Made by a program: the position numbers and the translations under genes
Part shown: positions 1-12,200 of the stretch, one piece after another
How positions within the stretch are numbered: the stretch's first letter is position 1
How the letters are laid out: each line of letters starts with the position of its first letter
Notes under the pieces: generated by a model
Databases searched by the model: none
Seen by the model: only the letters and a program-made list of their open reading frames with translations
Told to the model about the DNA's origin: nothing
NCBI RefSeq assembly: GCF_001194135.2
Contig: NC_068984.1
Coordinates: 4,734,477-4,798,476, forward strand
Origin: Octopus bimaculoides
Lineage: Eukaryota
DNA length: 64,000 nucleotides
Direction of reading: 5' to 3'

Positions 1-283
1 AAAATATCTTCTTAGTATATAAACGTAGCAAGTTTTACATCATCTGAAGGGTCATCAGTTGAACTATTAGTCCTCTTGAATTCTGGTGGATATTGGAGTG
101 TTTGAGTGACATTAGACCCCAACAAACGTGCATAAATTAAATGCATCTATCTGGGCCACGATTGTGGTCTGTCTACCTGTGCCTGACGGCCACGATCGTG
201 ACCCGTCGCGCTTTGTGTGTTGTTGTCAATCTAATGACACATGTGGAATAGTTGTAAACATTTTAATATTTGGATATGAATTT

Positions 284-335
284 TTTGAGGAGCTCATATC
301 TTCAAGCCAGGGCTTGAAGATATGAGCTCCTCAAA
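284..335. repeat. Perfect 25-bp inverted repeat with 2-nt spacer
   Basis: 284-308 TTTGAGGAGCTCATATCTTCAAGCC is the exact reverse complement of 311-335; the spacer is AG. Confidence 0.95.
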
Positions 336-711
336 GAAATACCCTCTTTCGACCTGTTTTTTCCCCCACTTGTATCAGCTAAGTGGGACCACAATAAAAT
401 CTGATCTCGTTTCTTGCTCGGACAATTGTCTAAAGAAGAAACAGAGTTATCTACCTTTACCCAGACGCAATGTTTTGACTCGTTTAAATCGATGTCTTCA
501 TTTTATATTCATTAATAATTTATAATTAATTTACTGTTATCGTTAAAATACAAATTAATATTCCCTTGTGTTTATTTTCTTTTCTTCGTTACCCCTAATT
601 TATTCTCTGCTCTCATAATTCATGTGGCATACCATTAAACTATCAGATATTGTCGATCACTGTTCTATACGTCACTATGCTACATTATTTCCCATAATCC
701 ATGTAGCATAT

Positions 712-1015
712 CTTTTGCTTGCTCCAGTCATTGGAATGTGGCCATGCTGGGGCATCACTTCGAAGGGTTTTACACAAACAAATCTTTTGCTGAACCTCTA
801 AGTTATGGGAAGGCAAGCACTTCAACACTGGTTGTTAAGTAGTGGTGGAGAGACAATCACACACAACGGGCTTCTACACAGTTTCCATCTACCAAATTTT
901 CTCCTAAGGCATTGGGCAGACTGGGCCTATAGTAGAAGACATTCTCCCAAGGTACTGTGCAGAGGGATTGAACCTGGCAGCATGGCATGCTTCTTGGCCA
1001 CTCAACTTCTCACAA
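712..1015 (-). mobile_element. tRNA-headed SINE, family A (degenerate)
   Basis: Reverse complement of the family-A blocks CCTTGGGCAAGTGTCTTCTACTATAG, GGTAGATGGAAACTG and CCAGCATGGCCAC seen in other copies in this window. Confidence 0.75.
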
Positions 1016-1095
1016 TGTTGTCCCTGTTATTCCTCCACAATCCATTTGATACTGTTTCTATTTTACTTATGATTTTATTTTCCTTTGTTTTGCAG

Positions 1096-1251
1096 GACCT
1101 GGAGACTTTGTCCCAAGAAGTAGTCCGATTATCGAAAACCTCATCTTTGGTTTCATCACCGACGACAGATTTGGGTGGTGACGCCAGTTTACCCCTCACC
1201 GAGCCATCGTCACATCTGAATAGCTGTCCCAGTGCAATATTAGCCCAATGA
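1096..1251 (+). CDS. Probable terminal coding exon of an unidentified gene (DLETLSQEVVRLSKTSSLVSSPTTDLGGDASLPLTEPSSHLNSCPSAILAQ*)
   Basis: Strong acceptor TTTTATTTTCCTTTGTTTTGCAG ending at 1095. Phase-0 open frame to TGA at 1249-1251. Non-repetitive, GC-richer sequence: a short helical/coiled-coil-like start followed by a Ser/Pro-rich tail. The upstream part of the listed 805-1251 ORF is SINE/intron. Confidence 0.5.
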   Translation, partial: DLETLSQEVVRLSKTSSLVSSPTTDLGGDASLPLTEPSSHLNSCPSAILAQ

Positions 1252-1586
1252 AGCTGAAAACCATGTACACACACACACAAACACACACACACAAAATTTC
1301 TTTCCTACTTTTACAAATGTCAAAATATTTCAACACCAACCAACCAACCACACATGTGTATATATATAAATATATATAGCAAAAACAACAGTAGCACCTC
1401 CCCCTATTTTCTTTGTACATACATTTCATAGAGTTTTGTTATGTATATATATATATAAAACGTTCTGTACATATCGCTAGTGTGGATATTGCATCATAAT
1501 GTTAGCTGATTACACCCCCACACACACACACACACACACGTTATGTCTACATTACATGTTGGCAAAAAAATTTACCTCTTTCTGTG

Positions 1587-1634
<48 letters not shown>

Positions 1635-1813
1635 CAATAATATATGTAGGTATGTATGTGTATTAGCCTGTGCACACATGTATATACATACGCATATACA
1701 TACGTACATACACACATGTATACATACATATGTATATTACATACGTACGTATGTGAGATGTAGCTAAGTTTATAAATCTCAGGAGAATCTTCCATTCAAT
1801 TGGAGTAGTAGTA

Positions 1814-1844
<31 letters not shown>

Positions 1845-2200
1845 GTGGGGGAGCATCATAGCCATGTGTTAAGAGGAATTCTTTGGGGTTTGAATAATTC
1901 ACTTTTGGAAACATGGGTGTTTTGCTCAACATCCTTAAACAAACCTTATTCAGGGACCTTTTGAGCAGGATGGGCTACTCGACCTGAAGAAGATTCCAAC
2001 TGGGCTCCATCTGTAAGGTCCTGCGCTGTTTATCATGATATGAGATCACCATGTCGCGCACATATGGTTGTGATGCATGAGCCTCGTCTACCCTTATCAG
2101 ATGGGTAGTCGTGATGGGTATACTGGGCTTCGTATATTTTACCTCAGTGTCACTTTGATGGCATTCACTGCTCTCTCACTCAATAATAATAATAATAATA
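1845..2200 (+). mobile_element. Non-autonomous dispersed repeat ending in an (AAT)n tail
   Basis: 1845-2015 closely matches 27253-27425 (AGTGGGGGAGCATCATAGCCATGTG...GGGCTACTCGACCTGAA). It ends CTCTCTCACTC(AAT)n and is flanked on the left by (TAA)n. Confidence 0.7.
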
Positions 2201-5110
2201 ATGAGCCATTAAGGTATTTTTCTGTTTGAGCCAAAATCTAAGGATATTGTTTACTGAAAGTATTATTGAGCACCGTCTCCATATCTCGTCAGGCTGTGAA
2301 GCAGCTCTGTTGGTGTTTCGGCCCCTTCCGCTGTGACACATGAGCTGCTTGGGGGCCACCCAGCAATGTAAACAAGAAGACTCCTATATAACAGCTTGAA
2401 CTTTGTTGAGTCAGGTGTTGTGACTCTGGGCCAGATGTTTCCCCCCATCCTCAGTTGTCCAGTCTTGTTGCTCCACCTGTCCTTTCTCTCTCGAACTAGA
2501 TTTAATGGTTAGCTTTCTCAGTAGCTTCCTATGGTGAAAGACTAAACAAAGTGTAGGTGTTAGCTAAATTAGGTTAGAGGTCAACAACCATTCCATTCTT
2601 GAAACCTTCATGACATTAAAATGTCTGCTACTGGCCGAATCATTACTGAACCAAAAAAATGTATTTTGGTTGCTTAGAGAACTGATTCAAGATTTTACTA
2701 AATCTCCTCATTTCATCAATTTTAGCTGGGATTTTCCAAACATCTTAGATTATTAGACTTATATAAAGATACCTTTTAGATGATGTCTTGGCGTCGTAAA
2801 TGGTTTGTCATTCTCTTTTTTGACCTCCACCTCCCCAACATTTTCTTGTTGTATTCTCTTTAGATGACACATTTTTCTAAACATCTCTCGTACTTTAATT
2901 TGAGAGTGAACTCTAATGTTCTGACACTTGGTTACATGATGTACTTTGGTGATTGATAAAAGGAAAATAAATAAATAAAACGAGCAAATGACAAAACGTC
3001 ATCTTTTATAAAACTTCTTGGGAAATAAGAAATCCTAACTCCTTTCATTTCCAATTATTGTTTCTGTAGCCAGATTGAAATGTCTGAAGAATTTGTTATT
3101 AGTTGCTCTGTGTCCATTGTTGCTCTACTTAGTTGATTGGAAGTCATTCACTCCACCACTCATTCAAGTCCGTGGTGATCCTTTCAACCAAACGTTGTTG
3201 ATCCATTAACCTATTTTAGACATAATAATTATTGTTGTACAAATGTGTTTGTTATGAAGAAATTAAACTTGCTATTTAATTTGATTGGTTTTGTTGTAAA
3301 TGCATTTTTTTTCTTTTTGTAGCACACTTTGCTTTAGATGTAAGCCTCATCAAAATATATAGGCCAATTGGTGCATTTAATCAGTAAAGATGCAACCTTT
3401 TTTTATCAATTCATGAGAAAGTAAAAAGTTCTCATTAAACAAGACTACATCCCATCACACTGTACAGCTTGGTCACCATTGATGCTCTTTGATGGTCTCT
3501 TTTTTCTTTAGTTTGACTGTACTACATCTAATTATGGAGTAGATGGTTGACAAATCAATTTAGAGAATAAAAAAGACAAACAAGCAATTATATTATTTGT
3601 TAGTATTTCTGACGGTGACGGTCGTGGTGGGCATGTGACTGGGCGAAATGATAAACTAGGCATCTCTTTCAATGTAAACTTCATGACCTTTTGATCTTGT
3701 TTCTGCTTTTCTCGCAAGAAAACTGGAAACCGGTTTCTTCAATTCCTTTCCAATGACCAAAAAAACCTGTTCTCAGAACATTCTTGGATCCAGCAGGGGT
3801 TTCAGGAATTTTGTCAAAGTTCAGTTATTGTCTGTTGTTTACAGAATAAATCCATGACTTTTCAAATTATTTTTGACTTTACTAAATTCTTGTCACTAAA
3901 TGACTTCCATTTTCCCTTCCATTTTCTAATGTTGAGGCGATCAGCCTAAAGAATGCTTCCTTACCCTAACCTCCACTGTTACCACACGCCTTTCTGTGTT
4001 GTTCCCTTCAACACTTGATCTACACACGTGTGTGTGTGTGTGTGTGTGTGTCCAAGCAAAAAAACTATTATTTACAAAGATATGCTTCCAACAATTAATT
4101 GAAATTAGTTTTATTTTTTATTTATTATTTGAGAGACATTCAAAAGGGTTCCATACCATGGACTTCCCTTTGATGTCTTCTTCAGTTTACCAATAAATAA
4201 TGGTTTACCAAGGAGAGCAATGTCTTGCAATTCTTCACCTTTGATCCCATAAAGGAAGAATTACTTTTATCATTTCAATAGTCTGATGAAATCAATAGTC
4301 TTTGCTTCAATCATAAACTCTCTTCAATATCAATTCCTTCCATTGAACTTCAAAATATTTTGACCTCTATTCTTCCTGAAGGTCAAATATTATTTAGTAT
4401 AAGCTCCATCAATGTTTGTTTACAAATTTTTTGTTTATTAAATATTTTTTGTGAGTGTTTTTGTTACATTTAAAAAAATACAAGATCAATATATTGTGAG
4501 TTAGAGATACTTTATTCATGAAATGCTTTGGTCACTCTGTAATATGTCCTCAAGTGACCTCCCCTCACAATGACGACTATAAAATCTAAAAGCTGCAACA
4601 ATACACATTACAGCAGATAATTATTCAAATTAATTGATCACAGTAACTATTTGTCTCATTATCGAAACTTTCATTAATTTATCTGTTGTCATCGATGACG
4701 AAGGGCAATATCACATGGGAGAGGAAGACGGTGCCCAGTATGTCCAACTGTGGCCAATCAGTCCAATGCATTCTCAGAAAGAGAGAGAGAGAGACTGAAA
4801 GTAACGATTTGGCTCAGGACTTGTGCACTTTTCTTTCTGACCCTACAGTCCTGTTCTATTCATAGGAGATGGCACCTCGGTTGGTGTAGCTTTACCAGGC
4901 AGGGCAGTTATGTGCTTGTGTTTCTCAGATGTTGGGGGTTGATCTCATTCTTCAAACCAGTCACACAGGTAATTGTACGTGTGCTAGTTTCGGAATCAGT
5001 GCTTTGATTGTTATCGGGTCACCTGCTTCCAAGGAAAGGGATGAAGTCCCACTCCCTTATACAGCTTGGAAACTGGGTTTGCCTTATGAGTTTTGCAATA
5101 TTATGAGACC
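2200..5110 (-). mobile_element. Highly decayed L1/Tx1-like LINE fragments
   Basis: Broken minus-strand frames give a post-RT GGxG-like motif (~2830) and a zf-RVT-like end (C..DMETVL, ~2290). ORF1-like peptides lie at ~4150-5100. Many stops and frameshifts; the pieces may not be one element. Confidence 0.3.
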
Positions 5111-5265
5111 TTGATCTCTGCTGTTAGGAAACTTACAAATTGTGACAAACCTAATACCAGTAATTATATTGGGGATATGTTTTGAACTAAAGAGTGTAAC
5201 TTTTGTGGTGGTGGTGATGGGTCTCTTTTGCTCTGTTCATACATATCAAGTATGTTTTATGTTCA

Positions 5266-5480
5266 CCCTTTAGCTTTCAGATTATCCTGTCAAATGTAAT
5301 TAGCTTATTAATCCGCATTGTTTTCAATTAATCCTGGATTATCTTGTAGCTTCTGTGGTAGTTTAGTTTTAGAATTACATTATTGTAGAGTAGGTGTGAG
5401 GGGTCAAATTCGGCCAGTTTGGGCATAAAGCAGGTAGAATATATTTTGGCCAGATATGGATGGATTTAAATGCCAAAGGG
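5266..5480. mobile_element. piggyBac-like MITE (degenerate copy)
   Basis: Termini CCCTTTAGC...GCCAAAGGG. Same family as 32863-33080. The TTAA sites are decayed (TTCA/TTCC). Confidence 0.65.
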
Positions 5481-5667
5481 TTCCTGAAAATGTAGAAGCT
5501 ATGGGAAATATGAAAGCATTTTAAGACTTAATCTCAAAATGGATAAAGCTGTAAATATTAATATATTGCGTTAAAATATTACTTGGATAAAAAAAAAAAG
5601 GCTCAAAAGATCCTCAAGGTTACCTGTGAGAGTTGGACTTGCATCTTCTGTACCTATGTCCTGTTCT

Positions 5668-6175
5668 TTTTTTGCACCCATAGTAGTGAGGTCGCCATGT
5701 CGCTTGTAAGGTTATGAACCGCAAAGTAGGCGGATTTACGTCAGATGGCGGCAGGGTTTAAGGTATAAGAGATGAGATGAAAGAAGGGTCAAGAGAAGTA
5801 CAAGTTCCTTGCTGTAGAGGGGTCACATAGCTGCTTGCGTTTTAGAAGAGAGGCAGGAGTGATTGAGATGGAGCTGGGGAAAGCTAATGGTGATTAGGTG
5901 TGTGTATGGACCCTGAAGATACTAGGTGGGAAGAAGTAAGTAGGGATAGAACCAGGAGTGTGGGTGGGTGGAGGTTGTAAGAGAATTAAGCGAAAGATGG
6001 GAGATGGGTGAGGACGTGTATATCATGAATGAATGAATGAGTGTTGAGGTTGAGGGACAAGTACGGGAAGTAGGGAAGACTAGGTGACAACTGCAGAGAC
6101 TGGATAGCGTTGAGAGATGGATATAGTGAGTAGTGGATAAGGAGTAGGGAATGAGAGTATTAAATATACGTGTAT
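5668..6175 (-). mobile_element. 3' end of a retroelement: pyrimidine-rich 3' UTR ending in a short poly(A)
   Basis: The minus strand is C/T-rich and ends GGCGACCTCACTACTATGGGTGC-A8 (T-run at ~5667-5674 on +). No ORF. Confidence 0.45.
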
Positions 6176-6298
6176 ATATATTATATATGTATATATACAT
6201 TAAAATGTAGGTAATGGGCAAATTAAGAAGATTATGTAACAGTAAAATATCTCAATATGATAAAGTAGAAAATAAATATTCATTATAACATAAATATA

Positions 6299-6803
6299 TC
6301 TAAATAAAAACGAAATTCTGTCTGTCCGTCTGGGACCCCCGTATCACAGCCTACATTTGATCTGCACAGACATATCATACTTATTTGGAATCAGGATGAT
6401 CCCAGGATTGAAAATCTCTTCATTTGGTTCTTGAACATCCAGCATTGATTCTGATTTAAAAGCATTTGGGTTGCTATTTCTAGCAGGTAAAGCTTGGCTG
6501 ATTCATGCCATCTTGATTGGCGTTTGTCAGATGACGTCAGAGATCAAGGGAAGATGAATGACATTCACTTCGTTATTTTACATCGAGATAAGAACTTTGG
6601 GACAAATTGGCCAACAGTTGGAATTCAACATGGGACTGGAACAATAGAATGATTGCATTACAGAATTAATTCTCATCCATCTTTAACCCCTGATCAAATA
6701 CCACCAAGACATATAATCATTATAGCTGTATTTCAGTCATGCGCTTTAGTTTTGGGCAGCAGACCCAATTAGCCCTCCGCACGGAGTACGGCTTTTAAGC
6801 TCG
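6299..6803 (+). mobile_element. Candidate non-autonomous Helitron
   Basis: 5' A|TCTAAATAAAAACGAAATTCTGTCTGTCCG. 3' imperfect hairpin CCGCAC-GGA-GTACGG lies about 8 nt before CTCG|T (CTAG-like). Sits between A and T with no TSD. Confidence 0.5.
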
Positions 6804-8670
6804 TTGAAAATATTTTGAACTGAAATCCCAGTATGTTCCGTGCTGTGGGATCGAGCCCATATCTATACGGTAGTGAAGGGAACATCTTATCTACAGTTAT
6901 ACTTGCTCGGATGCACCTACACACACACACATAAGCGTTATGTTTATAGAACTGTTGAGTATTTTAGTATTAGCAGTGACTGCTTTATACGACCTACCAT
7001 TTTGGTAGTCGTACCTATGGTTATTGCCAAGATCGAGAATTTCTTGGCCATCACTTTGGTTTCTCAGGTCATCAAATTTCTGATATATCATCTGTCCATC
7101 AAATTCTACTTTGTCTCCATATATGGTCTCTTACATTAACCCCCCCATCAAAAAAAAAANNNNNNNNNNNNNNNNNNNNNNNNNNNNNNNNNNNNNNNNN
7201 NNNCCCCCCCCCCCCGATCTGACTGGACATCATTCGAAAATACGCGATGTGTTTCTTATAATTTGATTGGTCATACTTTGCTAACGCCATCATTCAGTTT
7301 GAAAGATCCTGTTTGCTTACGTACACTATATTTGCAAGGAAAACTGTCCGGATTAAAATCGAGGCAAAGATTGACTACTCTTTTATACAGGTTTTCCCCG
7401 AGACCATTTTGCTCAGTTATTTATGCAACCTAATATCATCCATCAGACGATATTTGCTGAATTTTATTTTCCCGCCTTCATACATCCTTCTCATTCACTG
7501 ACCATCATTCTGTAACCCAGCAACATCGCATTTCGTATGAACAGCTTAACAATCTGCCTGCTACTCGGACAAAGAATCCATGTAATTGCTAGAAGAGGTA
7601 ATTGCTCCTTGAATTTTATCTACTCCGTTCTGTGACCAATTTTCAGAACAACCGCCATCATTGCTGATAAGTTAATCCATACAAGGAAGGAAGACAACTA
7701 CCTTTAGGGGGCTATTTTTGCATTTGAAAGAATCTACTGGGTTGTCAGACAAATTCGCTTGTCCCCCCCTCCTACTTGGTACTGTATCGTCACATGTCGG
7801 AAAAGAGGTAAAATTTATTCAAATTTCAAAACGGTAAATAAATGTAGAGGAGGAATATTGCTTTACGAAACCATAAAATATTGCGATTAGAATATATAAT
7901 CCCTGTTAATTCAAACAGCATGGGGAAGGATTAAAACATGGATAAGAAATAAAAAAAGACCAACAACAAATTTATATTTCATAGATACTACTACTACTAC
8001 TGCTACAACTACTAATACTGTGCATCTGAGTCCTTCGTCTCTTCCAGCCTACCAGTAATCCCGCCACACTTCTTGTACACCCCTATTTTGCACCAAGAAC
8101 ACCATATGGGATTCCTACTGACTTCTTTTCTGCATCCTTTCCCAATTGGGTGGCGATTCGTGTCTCTTTGCGGATTAAATATTTCGTCTTTACGAGGTTT
8201 ATGTTAAACCCACACGACTCTAGTTAAAGCCTCTTGTATCCATCCATCCGCCTGTCTGTCCGTCCGTCCGCCCGTCCGTCCGTCCGTCCGTCTGTCTGTC
8301 TGTCTGTCTGTCTGTCTAACCATCTGTCTATCTATCTATCTAACCATCTGTCTATTTATCTATCTATCTATCCATCCACACACACAATGAAATGCGTCGA
8401 AAATGCTTCCGGTTTCAATCACTCAACAAGAGGAATGCTGAAATAAAAGGGAAAATGAAGTCAAATTCCCGAACTATTTCAATTTACTTTTGCTTTTCTT
8501 TCAGCATGATTAAATCGTGTTTTAAAACGATAAAACCGGTAGCACATTTTGATAGAAATGCAGATATTTTCTTGTTTTTATTCGTGATACAGTTCTCAAA
8601 CCATTTCTTTTCTTTTTTAATATAAATTTAACTCGCAGGAGACCTCTTAACCTTTTCAAAATGCAGACAT

Positions 8671-9048
8671 TGTTGTTGGCACTCCGTCGCTTACGACGTC
8701 GAGGGTTCCAGTTGATCCGATCAACGGAACAGCCTGCTCGTGAAATTAACGTGCAAGTGGCTGAGCTCTCCACAGACACGAGTACCCTTAACGTAGTTCT
8801 CGGGGATATTCAGCGTGACACAGTGTGACAAGGCTGACCCTTTGAATTACAGGCACAACAGAAACAGGAAGTAAGAGAAAGTTGTGGGGGAAGAGTACAG
8901 CAGGGTTCCCATCATCCCCTGCCGGAGCCTCGTGGAGCTTTAAGTGTTTTCGCTGAACAAACACTCACAACGCCCGGTTTGGGAATCGAAACCGCGATCC
9001 TATGACCGCGAGTCCACTGCCCTAACTACTGGGCCATTGCGCCTCCAC
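8671..9048 (-). mobile_element. Full-length tRNA-derived SINE (third family) with (AAC)n tail
   Basis: Minus-strand head GTGGAGGCGCAATGGCCCAGTAGTTAGG (A box) ... GGTTTCGATTCCC (B box). It ends GGAGTGCCAACAACAA. Confidence 0.85.
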
Positions 9049-9433
9049 ATACACTCATGCATACGCACATATCTACATTTATGAAAGTTTCATACTGATC
9101 TTTAAGGTATACAAAGTTATTTAACTGTTATGGTTAGGCCACAACTAGATTCTTCCTAATCCCCAAATAGTGACATCTAATCTTCATGCAAACCCAGAAT
9201 AGAGAATGGCTACTTGCGAAAAGTAGATAAAGAAGCAAACAAACAAATAAAACGGGAGTTCAAAAAGAACGATAAAAAAGCGAGAAAGTGGGGGCCCTTA
9301 AATATTTCTTTTGTAAGTCGAGTTATGCCCCGTAGATTGTCTGCGCATCTCCAGTGGAATAATTTTTAGAAAAGACCAGAAAAGATTCAATCTTAGACAA
9401 TATGATTTTTCTGTCAGGTCTAATGTTTTAAAG

Positions 9434-9708
9434 CAGTGGTTTTCAAAATGGGCGGTGTTGTTCCCTTGGGGGCAGTGGAAAATTCTAAGAGGGCGTTAAA
9501 GAAAAGTGGGATGATAATAGGGTAGCGATTCATGTAAAAACACCAAAATAATAGGTTCATTAGTTTAAGTTTTATTTGTGAAATACAGTTGCTTTGGTTT
9601 TGCTTCAGAAAGAGCGCTATGTTAGTGATGGTTAGTTGGGGTCGGGGCGCTAGGAAGGTGGCCAGGATGTCAAGGGGGCGGCAGTCCGAAAACGTTTGGG
9701 AACCACTG
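9434..9708. mobile_element. hAT/Charlie-like MITE with perfect 8-bp TSD
   Basis: TIRs CAGTGGTTTTCAAA and CAGTGGTTCCCAAA (12/14). TTTTAAAG is present at both 9426-9433 and 9709-9716. Confidence 0.9.
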
Positions 9709-9994
9709 TTTTAAAGTCAAGTTTTTGTGTGCGTCAAGTTTGTGTGAACGTGCACATGTGTATGAGACGGTGAATTTATAGCAGCCTGTCTTCAAACGGT
9801 TTCTATGTGGTCAGTTATCCTTCAAGGTAATACCCTATTTGCTAGAATGATTTGTATAATGTGCTTGTTTGTGTAAAAGGATGTTTATGGAAAAAAGTCC
9901 ATGTCATCAGATGTGAAGATTGTGAAGTTCTGTCTTTGGAGATATTTGACAAATCAATGCGCCTAATATGTGGTGTACAGTGTTGTGCAAGTTA

Positions 9995-10170
9995 GCAGGC
10001 ATGGCCGAGTGGTAAGACGTTTTCTTCGCAGCCACATGGCTCTGGGTTCAGTCCCACAACGTAGCACCTTGGGCAAGTGTCTTCTACTATAGTCTCGGGC
10101 TGACCAAAGCCTTGTGAGTGGATATGGTAGACGGAAACAGAAAGAAGATTGTCGTACATATATATGTGTG

Positions 10171-10236
<66 letters not shown>

Positions 10237-10410
10237 CCGCTTGACAACCGGTGCTCGTGCGACTACGTCTCCGTAAAATAGCGGTTCGGCGAAAGGTGTT
10301 GATAAAATAAGTAGCAATCTTAAAAGAAGTACTTAAGTCGATTCATTTGACCTAAAATTCTATTCTTCAATGAAATACCCCAGCATGGCCGCAGTCTAAT
10401 GATAAAAGAT
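9995..10410 (+). mobile_element. SINE family A with internal (GT)/(CT) microsatellite
   Basis: A box TGGCCGAGTGGT, B box GGTTCAGTCCC, left arm, microsatellite at 10170-10232, right arm ending CCAGCATGGCCGCAGTC. Confidence 0.85.
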
Positions 10411-10489
10411 CTCTATAAATTAAATGAAGGCCAGGGTAAGTGCTAGCTTGATGAGGGTGAAGTTTTTGTATGGGTTTGTATAAATTTGA

Positions 10490-10790
10490 AGAAACTAAAT
10501 CCTGAATTTAGACGATGACAAAAGTGCCCGAGTTTGTCAAATATGTGAGCTTTCCCCACTGTACAAAGTTGATATATCCTTGTCCCTTTGGAATTTGATC
10601 AACCCCTTTCAAGAACTCTTTACCTAATTTTGTAATCCTTGTTGAAGTATTTTAGTTTCCCAATATGGCGAGCCTATGAGGTGGATGTCAACTCGATGAC
10701 GTATCTAAAGATCTGATTAAAACCCTTGGATTTACTTGAACCGTATGTAAAGCTGAAGTTACCACCCCACATCTACCAGTCGAGAAAAGG
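10490..10790 (-). pseudogene. Penelope-like GIY-YIG endonuclease remnant
   Basis: The minus strand reads TYGSSKSK..STS*ARHIGKLKYFNKDYKIR*RVLERG..TRIYQLCTVGKAHI. This matches the PLE endonuclease pattern Y(I)G...T.L..HIW.LK...Y.I.W...C.LC..EK..I. Confidence 0.6.
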
Positions 10791-10803
10791 CTTTCTATTG
10801 TTA

Positions 10804-10989
10804 AGGTTGGTGGCTGTGCGGTAAGAAGCTTGCTTCTGGACCACATGGTTTCGGGTTCAGTTCCACTGTGTAGCGCCTAGGATAATTGTCCTCTACTATA
10901 GCCTCAGGCCGACGAAAGACTTGTGAGTGGGTTTGACTGGCGGAAACTGAAAGAAGCCCATCATCATCATCATCATCTCTCTGTCTGTC

Positions 10990-11049
<60 letters not shown>

Positions 11050-11054
11050 AGAAC

Positions 11055-11108
<54 letters not shown>

Positions 11109-11303
11109 TCCCGTGACTGCTTGGTAACCGGTGCTGGTGTGTTTAGGACACCATAACTAAGCGATTCGGCAACATACACCGATATAATAATTATCAGGCT
11201 TTAAAAAATGTACTACGATTGTTTGAATCGACGAAAAAGTCCTTGAAGACGGTGCCCCAGCATGGTCGCAGTCTAATAATTGAAACAAGTTGCAGGTAAA
11301 AGA
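10804..11303 (+). mobile_element. SINE family A with compound internal microsatellite (CAT/CTGT/CT/TA/GT)
   Basis: Head GGCTGTGCGGTAAGAAGCTTGCTTC...GGTTCAGTTCC, with the same arms as 9995-10410. Confidence 0.85.
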
Positions 11304-11923
11304 AGGTATCTCTATGTGGTAAGAAGCTTGCTTCCCAACCACATTCGTAAATGTCAAACGATGAAAATGAGTGCTCCGCATTGGTGGAGAGACTTTCTTT
11401 ATTTGTGTATTAAGGCTACCATTAGTTTCATGTTAAGAAATATATGTTAATAACTTAACAATTTTTCAAGCTGATCACACGGAAGAATGTTGTTCGTCTC
11501 CGTGTGTACGTATACACGGTTGTGGCGGATGGTGGGTCTCCGTCGGTTTCAGTGACGTGGTTTCAGGTGTTCAATCAACTGGGTTACCTGCTCCTGAATT
11601 AAAGGGTGAATGGTCGATTATTCCATAAGTACGTGTATCCTTAACGTAATTCTTAATCAGAATCTGTGTGACGAAAAGTGTGACAAAGTTGAAGCTTTTC
11701 AATTTTCTGCTGCAATTCACTTGAGCTTTTGTACAGTTTCCATTCAGCTAATTTCACTCACAATGTACGGATTAACCCGAGATTCTAAGAAATGACACTC
11801 GCGGAAGACTGAGGCAAAAAGTTAAAAATTACACATACACACAGACACTCTCACACACTCACACACTAACATATATACANNNNNNNNNNNNNNNNNNNNN
11901 NNNNNNNNNNNNNNNNNNNNNNN

Positions 11924-11955
<32 letters not shown>

Positions 11956-11989
11956 CACACTACATCATAGGCAAATAGTTATATATATA

Positions 11990-12200
11990 TTTCTTTATTG
12001 CCCACAGGGGGCTAAACATAGAGGGGTCAAACAAGACAGACAAAGGGATTAAGTCGATTACATCAACTCCAGTACGTAACTGGTACTTATTTCACCGACC
12101 CCGAAAGGATGAAGAAAGGCAAAGTCGACCTCGGCGGAATTTGAACTCAGAACGTAACGGCAGAAGAAATACCGCTAAGCATTTCGCCAAATCTTCCGCA
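11990..12200 (-). mobile_element. tRNA-headed SINE, family B
   Basis: Reverse complement contains B box GAGTTCAAATTCC, core GTCGACTTTGCC...CTTTCGGGGTCG, and tail GGGCAATAAAGAAAT. Confidence 0.8.

Noticed and set aside
805-1095. N-terminal part of the 148-aa ORF 805-1251
   Set aside because: It reads through an antisense SINE and a polypyrimidine tract, so it is intronic if the 1096 exon is real.
6897-7830. Protein-like minus-strand frames across the 7160-7203 gap (ETIYGDKVEFDGQMIYQK...)
   Set aside because: About seven stops in ~170 codons, no recognisable domain and no convincing splice sites; left unassigned.
8960-9048. tRNA gene-like A/B boxes (and similar heads of SINE families A and B)
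   Set aside because: No complete cloverleaf or T-run terminator; they continue into SINE bodies.
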